From positions 3,877-67,876 of the IMG/VR virus record IMGVR_UViG_3300028591_005034: a stretch of DNA of 64,000 bases; one strand, written 5' to 3'. This document shows, in pieces, positions 38,819-48,564 of the stretch. This DNA is from a virus. Taxonomy: Duplodnaviria; Caudoviricetes. The position numbers were made by a program, and so were the translations under genes. The notes beneath the pieces were generated by a model. It made no database searches, had not been told where the DNA came from, and was given only the letters and a program-made list of their open reading frames with translations. Numbering within the stretch: position 1 is the stretch's first letter; each line of letters begins with the position of its first letter.

Positions 38819-40693
38819 TCAAGTGTGTCTGAAACCGCCAAGCATAATCATCGCATTTAATTTTTGCCTTTCGGCTTTCTCTATTTGTCTAGAACTGAAA
38901 AACGGCATTTGCCTTTTTTGTGAAATTGTTACATTGTAATCCAATTGCCTTGATGAAAAATCACTATTTGTGGTGTTATTTACACACCAAGATTTGACTA
39001 TGGACATATCTTTAGATTTGTCTTTTTCATTCTTTAAAAGGAAAAAGTTCATTATAAATACACCCATTGAAAGACAGGTAAGAGAGTCATCATGACATCC
39101 ATCCATATGGTCAGGTCTGCCATTTTTATAAACCCAAGTTTCCATTTCATTTATAACTCTCATTGAACGTATCTTAAAGACATTCTCTTTAACCAATGTT
39201 ACAAACGACTGTATCATCTGTGTTCTGAGTCCGTTATTTCTGAAACCTGGTAATTGGTCACCGGGTTTTAAATTAAACTTAGAATAAGCCCTTTCAATTG
39301 TATAACTTTTAAGATTGGGTTGTTCGTAATAGAGATTAGGATACCTTAAGCGTTGAAGCGTAAGTACGGTTGCGTCACCATAACCACCAATGCACTCAAC
39401 CACAACTAATGCATTATTAAATGAAGATGCATATTGTGAAACCATTTCTCCAATTTCATCGCCCGTTTTTTTGCCATAATATTCTAGGACTTGTTCAACA
39501 CAAGGGAAACCGTTTTCGTCTATAGCGTCAACATCAAAAATTTCTATTGCGGTTCTATCTTCTGCTGCACCAGACGATGCATCAACAGCGCATATATATC
39601 TATGGTCGGGTATCGGGTCTTTCCATATCCAAGTTTCTTTAACAAATTCGTCCCTCAAATTCCAGTCATCAGGTAAAACGCGTACATTTGTTTTTAACTG
39701 CATTTCAATAACCTCAGCAGATACAACGTTATCTGAAGAACCCAAGAACGATACTTCCAACTCTTGGGCAATTTTCATTTCGTCACCGTTGAAGGTTTTA
39801 CACATATCTTCAAACCACGGTGAAGTGGGTGCCCACCCATCTTGTTCCAATTTCCTCCACCGTTCTTCATCATAGGTTACATTTCCAAGTTTATCGATAA
39901 CTTTATCATAATCCCACTCGATTTGACCGTTATCTTTGTTTTTTCTATACCATTTGAGGTTTCTGTTATATCTTAAATCCTGAAACCATTTAAATTCTAC
40001 CGTATGATAGTTGTTTTCCTTTTTAACGGCCTTCGAATAAGTTCTGTAATAAAGTTGGTCTTTGCCGTTAGGTGTTGAAATCATGAGGATTTTTGCGTCC
40101 TTAACAGAAGCGGTTGCTGCAACTGCTTGCGCATAAACAGATAAACCGTTTTGAATGAACGCAGCCTCATCGAAAATTAGAATTGAAACTGCTGAAATAC
40201 CACGGGCAGCATTTTCACCTGATGAACGAGCATAAATTTTACACCCGTTGAATAATTCAATGAATTGTTTATTTCTTGATTTATATATTGATTTCTTGTT
40301 TTTAGGGCTACTTGGGTCTGGTGAATAATAGTCATTTCCCCAAAACCATCTTGGCACTTGGTCAAGAAATGCTCCCATTTTTTCAAGTAACTGTTGTGAA
40401 ATATCTAACTTGTTACCAATACATAAAACGGTTTCTGGCGACTTTTTTGAAGCAAAAACACACTGGCCAGTAACCCAAGCACTAGCTACGGTGGTAATAC
40501 CTGCCTGTCTATGCTTTACGGCTACTGTGTTAGAATAATTCACAAAACTATTTAAAAGTTCAATCTGGCGTGGAAAAAGTTTAAATGGGACCTCTTTTCT
40601 TTCATCGGCATTAAAAGTCGAAAGGAAATGCTCTATAAAGTATTTCCTCGTCTTGTCTTGCGCACATCTTAAAAATTCCTCTCTTAAATTCAT
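38819..40693 (-). CDS. Terminase large subunit, T4 gp17-like
   Basis: KHRQAGITT (Walker A), ILIFDEAAFI (Walker B), ISTPNG, VDASSG, HDDSL nuclease motifs. Confidence 0.93.
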   Translation of the reverse strand: MNLREEFLRCAQDKTRKYFIEHFLSTFNADERKEVPFKLFPRQIELLNSFVNYSNTVAVKHRQAGITTVASAWVTGQCVFASKKSPETVLCIGNKLDISQQLLEKMGAFLDQVPRWFWGNDYYSPDPSSPKNKKSIYKSRNKQFIELFNGCKIYARSSGENAARGISAVSILIFDEAAFIQNGLSVYAQAVAATASVKDAKILMISTPNGKDQLYYRTYSKAVKKENNYHTVEFKWFQDLRYNRNLKWYRKNKDNGQIEWDYDKVIDKLGNVTYDEERWRKLEQDGWAPTSPWFEDMCKTFNGDEMKIAQELEVSFLGSSDNVVSAEVIEMQLKTNVRVLPDDWNLRDEFVKETWIWKDPIPDHRYICAVDASSGAAEDRTAIEIFDVDAIDENGFPCVEQVLEYYGKKTGDEIGEMVSQYASSFNNALVVVECIGGYGDATVLTLQRLRYPNLYYEQPNLKSYTIERAYSKFNLKPGDQLPGFRNNGLRTQMIQSFVTLVKENVFKIRSMRVINEMETWVYKNGRPDHMDGCHDDSLTCLSMGVFIMNFFLLKNEKDKSKDMSIVKSWCVNNTTNSDFSSRQLDYNVTISQKRQMPFFSSRQIEKAERQKLNAMIMLGGFRHT

Positions 40694-41790
40694 AATTCCA
40701 AAAATTCATCACTTGTGAACACTCCATCTTCAACAGGGTATCTATTATTCATAACTTGAATGTAATCTTCAAAATCGTCAAGTTTTTTCTTTTTTTCTAT
40801 GTTGGCTGTCAGTTTATCCAAGAAACGTTTGCCACTTTTAGTATGACCAAATATCTCTCTCATTTTTTCGTTAAAAACAGAAACCTCCATTTTAGATAAT
40901 TCATAGAATAAGAAAGTCGGTTCAATATCATCATCAATTTGATTAAGCAAAAGTTCATATAATGGCATACCTAAACGCAAATCCCAGTTTTCTGCAAGTT
41001 TGAAATCCGCTTTTTTCATTATATATTGGGCTTTATCTTTATCATCTGGTAATCCGTGTGAAATAACAAGTTCAAAAATTCCCTTTATTGTTTCTTCTAA
41101 TAAAATAGGAAAGATTATCGCCTTTGCGTCAATTATAGGCATTTCATCAATGGATGTGATTGTAACATCAACGACACCGCCCTCAGTGTCTCCCGTTTCT
41201 TCTTTTTCATTATCCTGATTAAGGTAAATCAAAAGATTATTTATCAATAAAATTTTTTTGTAAATAAAAGGAAGTTCTGGGTCTATCTTAAAAAGTTCCT
41301 GCACATAAAGTGAAACATCACTTGCATAATAAATGGCAGCACCTGCAATAAGACTATTTAGCAATCTTCTTTTATAGATTTCATCGCCAGTGTCATTCAT
41401 ATCTTTAATGTTCTCGAATGAGAAATCCTCAGTTTTTTCGGGAAACATCCTTTGATTGGATACATCTATGTCATTTGTTAATGCAACGCGTATATCTATT
41501 GTATTTTCTGGAATATTGAACAAATCAGTAACAATTTTGGCACACAGTTTTTCTAATGCTTGCTGATTATCTCTTTCATATTTTATTGCAGCAGACAAAA
41601 GTTTACTTAATTCTGTTTTAAGTTTGTGTATATCTGTTGTTCCGACATCCTCTAATAAACCGTTGTAGTATTTTGTTAAAAGATGAACAACAAATTTCTC
41701 CTCATCTTCTGGTGGAAAACAAGGATGGTCGCCCAATGAAGTCTGATTATTAATAAGGGCTGTTGTTATATGTTTAGGAAGTTTCTCCAT
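40690..41790 (-). CDS. Hypothetical head-module protein
   Basis: 366-aa ORF coupled to terminase by an overlapping stop/start. Confidence 0.65.
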   Translation of the reverse strand: MEKLPKHITTALINNQTSLGDHPCFPPEDEEKFVVHLLTKYYNGLLEDVGTTDIHKLKTELSKLLSAAIKYERDNQQALEKLCAKIVTDLFNIPENTIDIRVALTNDIDVSNQRMFPEKTEDFSFENIKDMNDTGDEIYKRRLLNSLIAGAAIYYASDVSLYVQELFKIDPELPFIYKKILLINNLLIYLNQDNEKEETGDTEGGVVDVTITSIDEMPIIDAKAIIFPILLEETIKGIFELVISHGLPDDKDKAQYIMKKADFKLAENWDLRLGMPLYELLLNQIDDDIEPTFLFYELSKMEVSVFNEKMREIFGHTKSGKRFLDKLTANIEKKKKLDDFEDYIQVMNNRYPVEDGVFTSDEFLEL

Positions 41791-42137
41791 TACTTGTTAA
41801 TCTGTTGTAAGAAATCTTTTACAGTGTAAGTCTTTGAATTTTTCTTAAGTGTTTTTTGCCTATTTTCTGATAATTCTTTTTTCGAAATGATATATGATTC
41901 CTGTGTTGTTTTATCATCAATGACAAAGTTAACATCTTTTGGTTTCAGATTGTTAGCCTTTACTGCTTCAACTGCTTTTTTATAACCTGGATTTAAATCC
42001 TGTGACGCTGTTTTTTCAACAGGAACTGTTAATTTTGGTTTACCTGTTGAAGTTGTATCACTACCGTTACCTGAAATAAGTCCTTCTCTTAAAGCAATTC
42101 GATATTGTTCTTCTGTTAATTTGAAATATTTGGCCAT
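41790..42137 (-). CDS. Hypothetical protein with FKLTEEQ leader
   Basis: 115-aa ORF; ATAAATA at 42155-42161. Confidence 0.6.
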   Translation of the reverse strand: MAKYFKLTEEQYRIALREGLISGNGSDTTSTGKPKLTVPVEKTASQDLNPGYKKAVEAVKANNLKPKDVNFVIDDKTTQESYIISKKELSENRQKTLKKNSKTYTVKDFLQQINK

Positions 42138-42177
42138 AATAAAAACGTTTTATAATAAATAGTACATAAAAATAAAA

Positions 42178-42198
42178 AACCACGATTAATTCGTGGTT
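42178..42198 (-). terminator. Hairpin terminator
   Basis: AACCACGA-TTAAT-TCGTGGTT with a T-run on the minus strand. Confidence 0.65.
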
Positions 42199-42219
42199 CT
42201 TTAATAGGTCATTCTTCCT

Positions 42220-42903
42220 TTATTTTGGAAGAAAAGGTGAAACTTTATAACCTTTCTTTCTACTTAATTTTTTAGCCTGTCCTTGGTCATTTTTTTCTTG
42301 ACCTGGTTTAATTGTCAATTCTTCGATTTTGCGATTGAATGATTCCATCTGATTTTGTGGCCCGTTGTCCATTTGGGACATATCATCGCCCATATCATCA
42401 TTCATTCCATTATCCATTGGTGTTTCATTACCATTGTCATCAGGATTGTTTTCGTCATCCATTACAAAATCTTCGTCACTATTGACTTTATCAAGAATGT
42501 CTTTTGTGTCTTCATCTGAAAGACCTTCTATCGCTTGTTTAACAATCATACCAGCAACATATTTGTCCAAATCGATATCAGGCTGTGGTAAAGATTTATT
42601 ATAGTCCCTTAAAGACTGAGAAAGTTTTCCTGTCAGTTGTTGGATGTACTTTTTAGGGTCTTGTTCTTCATCAGCCTCAACACCCGCGTCAAAGTCTGAA
42701 TCAAACTCGTTTTCTTGACCATCCATTGGCATTTGGTTATTCATTGGTGGATTTCCACCCATATTGTTACCCATACCGTCATCCATTACCGGTTGATTTG
42801 GCATTGAATCACCCATTCCGTCAGCTGACATACCTCCATCAAACCCATTGTCCTGTGGTGGAACGTCATTAAAGCCGTTATCCATTGGCGGCATTGTTGA
42901 CAT
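42220..42903 (-). CDS. M/D/N/G-rich hypothetical protein; possibly the -1-frame C-terminal part of 42948-44657
   Basis: Frame is open from 42960, at the A10 run; FDAGVEADEEQDPKKYIQQLTGKLSQ core. Confidence 0.6.
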   Translation of the reverse strand: MSTMPPMDNGFNDVPPQDNGFDGGMSADGMGDSMPNQPVMDDGMGNNMGGNPPMNNQMPMDGQENEFDSDFDAGVEADEEQDPKKYIQQLTGKLSQSLRDYNKSLPQPDIDLDKYVAGMIVKQAIEGLSDEDTKDILDKVNSDEDFVMDDENNPDDNGNETPMDNGMNDDMGDDMSQMDNGPQNQMESFNRKIEELTIKPGQEKNDQGQAKKLSRKKGYKVSPFLPK

Positions 42904-42947
42904 TTTAGGTTTTGATGATTTTGGAACCTTTAAGACTTTTTTTTCAC

Positions 42948-44657
42948 TCAGATTTTTTTTTTATCTGCACTTAGTCTGTTGATAACCATATCGGTAATTT
43001 TGTCAATGATGTCCTCAGTGTAAGGTGCTGAACTACCGATTTTTTTTCCATAAGGTTCGTCACCCTTGGTCGATTTATCATTCCAGTCACGACCCCATCT
43101 GTCAATTTCCTTATTAGGTGGCAATGACATAACCTCTTTTTGGTAAGCGGGATGTTTTCCGAAATCGTTAAGAACTAGGTTTTCATTCATTTTACGATTA
43201 CGTCCACGTCTGCGGCTTTCATAAGGGTCATCAAAGTAATCATCATCTAAATCATCATTAAAGTCATCATCTAAGTTAAGACCCCTAAGTCCATCGTTGT
43301 TGTAAAATTGACTATCATCTGGTTCATCACTCAGTACATCTTCATCATCAAAACTATGTTCTTTTCCGAAGAATTTAGCATCGCGGTCATCATCCATGAA
43401 ATTAATATCATCGTCATCGATTACATCTTCATCTGGAAGAGATTCATCATCAAATTCCAAATCAAAATCGGTATCATCGGTGTCATCAAATTCTTCATCT
43501 TCACCTTCGTCACCAAAATCTTCGATGCCATCGTAATTTTCATCACCCATTACGTCATTAGGATGTTCATCATCAAGAAGCATTTCTTCGTCTTCTGCCT
43601 CTTTAACAACGTTATCATCAAACGGGTCTTGGAAATCACGTGCATTACCAGTACCTGCCTTTGGCGTATTCTGATTGTCTGTGATGTGTGCAGCAACACC
43701 TTCGGTCATTTTATACTCAGTATTGACGTTTCGGTCATTCTCTTTTTCAGGGTTAACCTCATTGTCAAATGGTGCAGAATCTCCGATTTCAGTACCGTGT
43801 GATTTATCCATATAGTCTTTATTTCTACTCCAAGCAAGAACTTGTTCCTCAGTCAACTTAATAGTTCTGCTAACGCTTTCGTCAGCCCTTGTTACCTTGC
43901 CACCACTTGGGTTTTTAGTTGCAACAGAACCGTTGGTATCAAACTTCGGCCCAAATGATGGTTTCTTTTCGAATGGAATACCATTATCACCGGGTGTTGT
44001 CGGTTTCTTATCCGATTGCATATCAAGTTTAGGATTAGTTTCAAAAGGACCTGATTTCTGATAATTAACAGTTCCATTCTTCATTTCTTTGTCTCCTTTA
44101 GCGGTTGCGGGTACTTCAAATGGCGTGCTAACGTCTTTGTCCGTTACCTTTGCTTTACCTGGGGCTTCAGGAATTGTATGAGTGCTTGTCAAGTGGTTGT
44201 TTTCCTCAAGTAACTTGTTAACATTATTTACAAGTTCATGGAAACGGTTTATTTCTTGGCGCATTTCCTTTGTTTCGTTAATTTGCCACTCAGCAGAAGG
44301 TGTTTCAGCAAACTGTGAAGTTGACATATTTGAACCAACAGCCTCATTGATAGATTTAAGTTTAAGGTCTAATTGTTTTGAAGCCTTTGTATATGTGTCA
44401 TACTCATTGAAACGTTTGTTGTTAAAACCACCAATATAATCGAAATCCTCACTTAAAATTGCAGTATCCTTTGGTGGGGCCACCTTAATGTAATACTTGC
44501 TGCATTCACGCACGATTCCGTATGTTCTACCATCAGCACCCTTTGTCTGATATTCAACAACTGAGTTATTGTTACGGTTCTCATTTACTTCTTTCTTTGT
44601 GCCGTAATCAATAAGCCTCTGCATTTGTTTTATTTCGTTTTCGTAATTCTTGCTCAT
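42948..44657 (-). CDS. Acidic low-complexity head-associated protein with many L/I-x-E sites
   Basis: 569-aa ORF; RTIKLTEEQ motif, repeated IGDSAPF/IGSSAPY; ATAAATA at 44691-44697. Confidence 0.65.
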   Translation of the reverse strand: MSKNYENEIKQMQRLIDYGTKKEVNENRNNNSVVEYQTKGADGRTYGIVRECSKYYIKVAPPKDTAILSEDFDYIGGFNNKRFNEYDTYTKASKQLDLKLKSINEAVGSNMSTSQFAETPSAEWQINETKEMRQEINRFHELVNNVNKLLEENNHLTSTHTIPEAPGKAKVTDKDVSTPFEVPATAKGDKEMKNGTVNYQKSGPFETNPKLDMQSDKKPTTPGDNGIPFEKKPSFGPKFDTNGSVATKNPSGGKVTRADESVSRTIKLTEEQVLAWSRNKDYMDKSHGTEIGDSAPFDNEVNPEKENDRNVNTEYKMTEGVAAHITDNQNTPKAGTGNARDFQDPFDDNVVKEAEDEEMLLDDEHPNDVMGDENYDGIEDFGDEGEDEEFDDTDDTDFDLEFDDESLPDEDVIDDDDINFMDDDRDAKFFGKEHSFDDEDVLSDEPDDSQFYNNDGLRGLNLDDDFNDDLDDDYFDDPYESRRRGRNRKMNENLVLNDFGKHPAYQKEVMSLPPNKEIDRWGRDWNDKSTKGDEPYGKKIGSSAPYTEDIIDKITDMVINRLSADKKKI

Positions 44658-44717
44658 ATTTGCTTTATTGTAACTATAGTTATTTTAATTATAAATAGTG
44701 TTTAAAATCAATAATTT

Positions 44718-46028
44718 CTAATCAAGTGAATTGATTTTATCATATGTGAGTGTGATAAGGTCGGCAAGACGTTCTATATATCCCTCACGCCTTAATGTTT
44801 TCCATATGATATTTCCTGAACTCATTTCCATTGCGTCAGTAGCCAAACCCTTTTTTCTTAAATCTTTAGCATAGTCCATTATATGTTCTGCCTTTTTAAT
44901 AACCTCATCCTCATCTTCATCAGAATCATACAAATCATCGATTTTGGTCATTATTTTTGCGGCCTCGTCTTTAATGTAGTCTTTATTAAGTTTGGCATTG
45001 CTTAAATCTTTTGGTTCAACAAGCCATTCGTTGGATAATAATGAAAAAATGCCAGATGCCGCGTGTGGTTCGTCTGTGTCTTGGACATAAACTTCAACAG
45101 GAAAACCAAATATGGTTAAATCCTTGTGCTGTTCATTCCATAAATCTTTTTTTGCCTTGAAATAATCAGCCAACAATTCGACATCTTCATGAATATCTGA
45201 GAATTTCATTACAATGTGTAAATCTATATCAGAATATTCTGACCAATTATAATTTGCTAATGAACCTGTAATTATGATATCTTTTGGTTTAGTCCATCTG
45301 ATTTCTAGTTCATCAATGAAATCATCTGCAATATCAAGAAGATGTTTTCTCACATCCGAATTTATTTTACCGTTCACCCATATGTCTGGTTGAAGTTCAT
45401 TCTTTACCTCAAATGATTGAAGATTAACATCTTCCGCATTTACTTCATCAATATCAATGTATGGTTGTAATCTGTCTATGTCTTCGGTCATATTCATATA
45501 ATCGTGGTAAGGTTTTGTAATATCCTTTCCAAATTCTTGTTCCAATATATATCTTACTGATGGTATTGACAGTTGAAATTTATAATCATATGTATGGCTT
45601 TTTGGACCTTTGTCACACATGTAGTTCTCAAATTCCCATATATCATTTCCACATTTATTGAAAACCCTTATAAAATATTCTTTCTCGATGCCATCAATTT
45701 TTTCAATTTTCAGATTATATTTCTCTATTGGCAATTCGCTTGCCCTTGAGGTAACCTCATGCCCATTTTCAAACAAGAAATTTCCGTTTTCAAATTCAGA
45801 CTTTGGAACTTCTATCGAAAATGCAGTACCCGTTCCGAATGAAACTTTTGGGTTTATTGTAAACCAATTTATACCAAAGGTTTCACCGTGTTGACCACCT
45901 CTTTTTGCCGAAATGACACCAGTTTCGACAATATCATCCATTAAATCCAATTTAGTGCCATGATACAGTTTTATTGGGTTGGGCATGTTTTCAAAATTGT
46001 CGGGAAAATACCATTCAGTCAAATACAT
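44718..46028 (-). CDS. Fusion of an ADP-ribosyltransferase-like N-terminal domain and a Pol-beta-superfamily nucleotidyltransferase
   Basis: C-half IIITGSLANYNWSEYSDIDLHI...PVEVYVQ (GS-x-DxD...E); N-half KLYHGT...GINWFT...GHEV. Confidence 0.7.
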   Translation of the reverse strand: MYLTEWYFPDNFENMPNPIKLYHGTKLDLMDDIVETGVISAKRGGQHGETFGINWFTINPKVSFGTGTAFSIEVPKSEFENGNFLFENGHEVTSRASELPIEKYNLKIEKIDGIEKEYFIRVFNKCGNDIWEFENYMCDKGPKSHTYDYKFQLSIPSVRYILEQEFGKDITKPYHDYMNMTEDIDRLQPYIDIDEVNAEDVNLQSFEVKNELQPDIWVNGKINSDVRKHLLDIADDFIDELEIRWTKPKDIIITGSLANYNWSEYSDIDLHIVMKFSDIHEDVELLADYFKAKKDLWNEQHKDLTIFGFPVEVYVQDTDEPHAASGIFSLLSNEWLVEPKDLSNAKLNKDYIKDEAAKIMTKIDDLYDSDEDEDEVIKKAEHIMDYAKDLRKKGLATDAMEMSSGNIIWKTLRREGYIERLADLITLTYDKINSLD

Positions 46029-46071
46029 AACTTTTAATTAACGTTTTTTAACAAAAATAAATATCTAAAAA

Positions 46072-46103
46072 TTTGGTAGTATTGTTATTAAATAGTAATT
46101 TTG
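46072..46103 (+). promoter_or_regulatory. Bacteroidota-type promoter for clpX
   Basis: TTTG (46072-46075) - 20 nt - TAATTTTG (46096-46103). Confidence 0.75.
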
Positions 46104-46129
46104 CAACAAAATAAAAATAGAAGAAACAA

Positions 46130-47362
46130 ATGGCAAAAACAAGGAAAGCGAAAAACAAAAAAATGATTGAAGAGTTAAAAGAAAAAACAAAGTTTCCAAG
46201 GCCAAAGGAGGTTTATAACTTTCTTAATGATTATATAATTGGACAGGATAAGGCTAAAAAAAGATTATCGGTTTCTGTTTGTAATCATTATAAACGTGTT
46301 CTCTCAAATGTTTTTGGCGTGGTTCCCGGTGAATTTAAAATCATTCACAATGGAACGGGTGAAGAAATCTCAGTAGAAGATTTTATTGTTATGGATGATG
46401 AGGGAAAACTCAATTATACCATTAAAGGTGATGAAATTTTTGAGGCGAATAAAAATATTTTCATTGAGAAATCTAACGTCTTGCTACTCGGTAATACGGG
46501 AACGGGGAAAACATATATGCTTAAAACAATCGCTAAATGTCTTAACATACCTTGTTATATTGCCGATACGACAAAACTGACACAGGCGGGGTATGTTGGT
46601 GATGATGTTGAAACCATTATTCTCGGTTTATTGCAAGAAGCCGATATGGATATCGACAAAGCCCAACGCGGTATTATTGTCCTTGACGAAATTGATAAAA
46701 TTGGCCGAAAGGGTGATAACCCATCAATCACTCGTGATGTTAGTGGAGAAGGTGTACAACAAGCACTTTTAAAAATCGTTGAGGGTGGAATTGTTGGTGT
46801 ACCACCTAATGGCGGAAGAAAACATCCTGAGCAGCAATTAATTTATATTGATACAACCAATATTCTATTTGTAGGAATGGGTGCTTTCGATGGCCTTGAT
46901 AAAATCATTGAAAGAAGACTCAACAAAAAAACAATAGGATTTAATCAGCAGAAAAGTGGTAAGGAAAAAAAAGATGACAATATATTTTCATATGTCACAC
47001 CCAGTGATTTGAAGGCTTATGGTATGATTCCTGAACTTCTTGGCCGTTTCCCAATCATTACGTATACCAATGATTTGACAAAAGAAGATTTAGTAAGAAT
47101 TATCAAAGAGCCTAAAAACGCATTGTTGAAACAATATCGTAAACTTTTCCTTTTGGGTGGAAATGATATTGATTTTACTGATGATGCAATAGACTATATT
47201 GCGGAAAAAGCATTGTCACTTAAAATAGGTGCAAGAGGTCTTCGTTCTATTATAGAAGATTTGCTTAATGAAATCATGTTTGAGACATCTGATAAAACAG
47301 GTGAAATCATTAAAATTGACAAAAAATATATCAAACAGATTGAGAAAATTATGGAAGAATAA
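46130..47362 (+). CDS. clpX: ClpX-like AAA+ unfoldase (no zinc-binding domain)
   Basis: [71 protein letters not shown] loop, GARGLRS. Confidence 0.92.
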   Translation: MAKTRKAKNKKMIEELKEKTKFPRPKEVYNFLNDYIIGQDKAKKRLSVSVCNHYKRVLSNVFGVVPGEFKIIHNGTGEEISVEDFIVMDDEGKLNYTIKGDEIFEANKNIFIEKSNVLLLGNTGTGKTYMLKTIAKCLNIPCYIADTTKLTQAGYVGDDVETIILGLLQEADMDIDKAQRGIIVLDEIDKIGRKGDNPSITRDVSGEGVQQALLKIVEGGIVGVPPNGGRKHPEQQLIYIDTTNILFVGMGAFDGLDKIIERRLNKKTIGFNQQKSGKEKKDDNIFSYVTPSDLKAYGMIPELLGRFPIITYTNDLTKEDLVRIIKEPKNALLKQYRKLFLLGGNDIDFTDDAIDYIAEKALSLKIGARGLRSIIEDLLNEIMFETSDKTGEIIKIDKKYIKQIEKIMEE

Positions 47363-47484
47363 AAAAGGTTGTCCGATACCATAATGTGCAAGGCTTCCTC
47401 TTTGCTCATCTACAACATTAGGCCGACAACCTATTCTAAATAGTAATAAGATTTCATAAATTATGGTATCATAGTGTTTTTTTG

Positions 47485-47516
47485 CTTGTTTTTGTCATAA
47501 AAAAATAGTATATTTG
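47485..47516 (+). promoter_or_regulatory. Bacteroidota-type promoter
   Basis: CTTG - 20 nt - TATATTTG (47509-47516). Confidence 0.6.
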
Positions 47517-47532
47517 TAAAAAAACTAGTATT

Positions 47533-47868
47533 ATGATAGAATATATAGACAATGCAATTACATTAGATACCATAATTGATGGAAAAGAAAAAACACTAAG
47601 GGAATTGGCAAATGAAAATCGTAAAACTGCTAAATCTTATGTATTTGATAACATAAAGCATGGATTATTGCCCGATGATGAAACTTTAAAAGAACTTAAC
47701 ATAACAAGGAATATTGGCGAGTCTAAATTTTCACATATTGTTATGGATAGGTATATTGTTAAAGATAATAAGGTTTATCAAAAGGATAGTGTTAAACAAG
47801 TTGCAAGTCTCATTAAAGAATTAAATACAATAGAAAAGAGCGCGGATAAATTTCTTACAGAAGAATAA
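47533..47868 (+). CDS. Hypothetical protein
   Basis: 111-aa ORF. Confidence 0.55.
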   Translation: MIEYIDNAITLDTIIDGKEKTLRELANENRKTAKSYVFDNIKHGLLPDDETLKELNITRNIGESKFSHIVMDRYIVKDNKVYQKDSVKQVASLIKELNTIEKSADKFLTEE

Positions 47869-47882
47869 AACAGGTTTTTAAA

Positions 47883-48518
47883 ATGAATGAAATTATAGGT
47901 TTTGCTGGCAAGATGCGTTCAGGAAAGGGCGTTGCTGCACATTGTTTGGAGGAACATTATGGATATACATATCTTGAAGTTGCAGATAAACTCAAAGAAA
48001 TATGCGTTATGCTTACGGGCCTTTCTAACATCGATGAACTAAATGAATACAAAAATAATAATTCGTCAATAAATCTGAAAATTGACGAAACATTATGCAA
48101 AAAAATATCAGAACTTACAGATGTCCCATTAGATTACATACGTGAAAAATTATTAAATAAACATATTGTAAACGTTAGAGTATTATTACAAATACTTGGT
48201 ACAGATGTTTTACGTGAATATAATGAGAATTGGCATGTGTATCATTTACTTGATAAAATAACCGCATTACGTAAAAAAAATAAACCTGTGGTTATAGGTG
48301 ATATAAGGTTTCCTAACGAAAAACTTGCAATTGAAAGTATAGGTGGGGAAATATATTATGTTGAAAGGACAGACTACGACATTTACAATCATCACCCATC
48401 AGAAAACTCACTTGACGCAAATAACTTTGACACAAATCATATCATATATAACAATATTGTTAAAAATGGTAATCTTAATGTTTTTCTTCATAAAGTTATA
48501 GAAAAATTAAAAAAATAA
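47883..48518 (+). CDS. Deoxynucleoside monophosphate kinase (T4 gp1-like)
   Basis: IIGFAGKMRSGKG P-loop, VADKLKE, RVLLQILGTDVLR, DIRFPNE, HPSE. Confidence 0.85.
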   Translation: MNEIIGFAGKMRSGKGVAAHCLEEHYGYTYLEVADKLKEICVMLTGLSNIDELNEYKNNNSSINLKIDETLCKKISELTDVPLDYIREKLLNKHIVNVRVLLQILGTDVLREYNENWHVYHLLDKITALRKKNKPVVIGDIRFPNEKLAIESIGGEIYYVERTDYDIYNHHPSENSLDANNFDTNHIIYNNIVKNGNLNVFLHKVIEKLKK

Positions 48519-48564
48519 ACGGACACCTTTTAAGATGCCCGTTTTAAAATTGTGTTTACAACGA

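Noticed and set aside
31272-40693. Introns or inteins in terminase, portal or capsid genes
   Set aside because: ORFs are continuous, with no intein-like Cys...His-Asn boundaries or LAGLIDADG motifs seen.
44718-45430. cGAS/CD-NTase (CBASS) system
   Set aside because: The NTase motif is the generic Pol-beta type, and no adjacent effector, Cap2/Cap3 or transmembrane genes are present.
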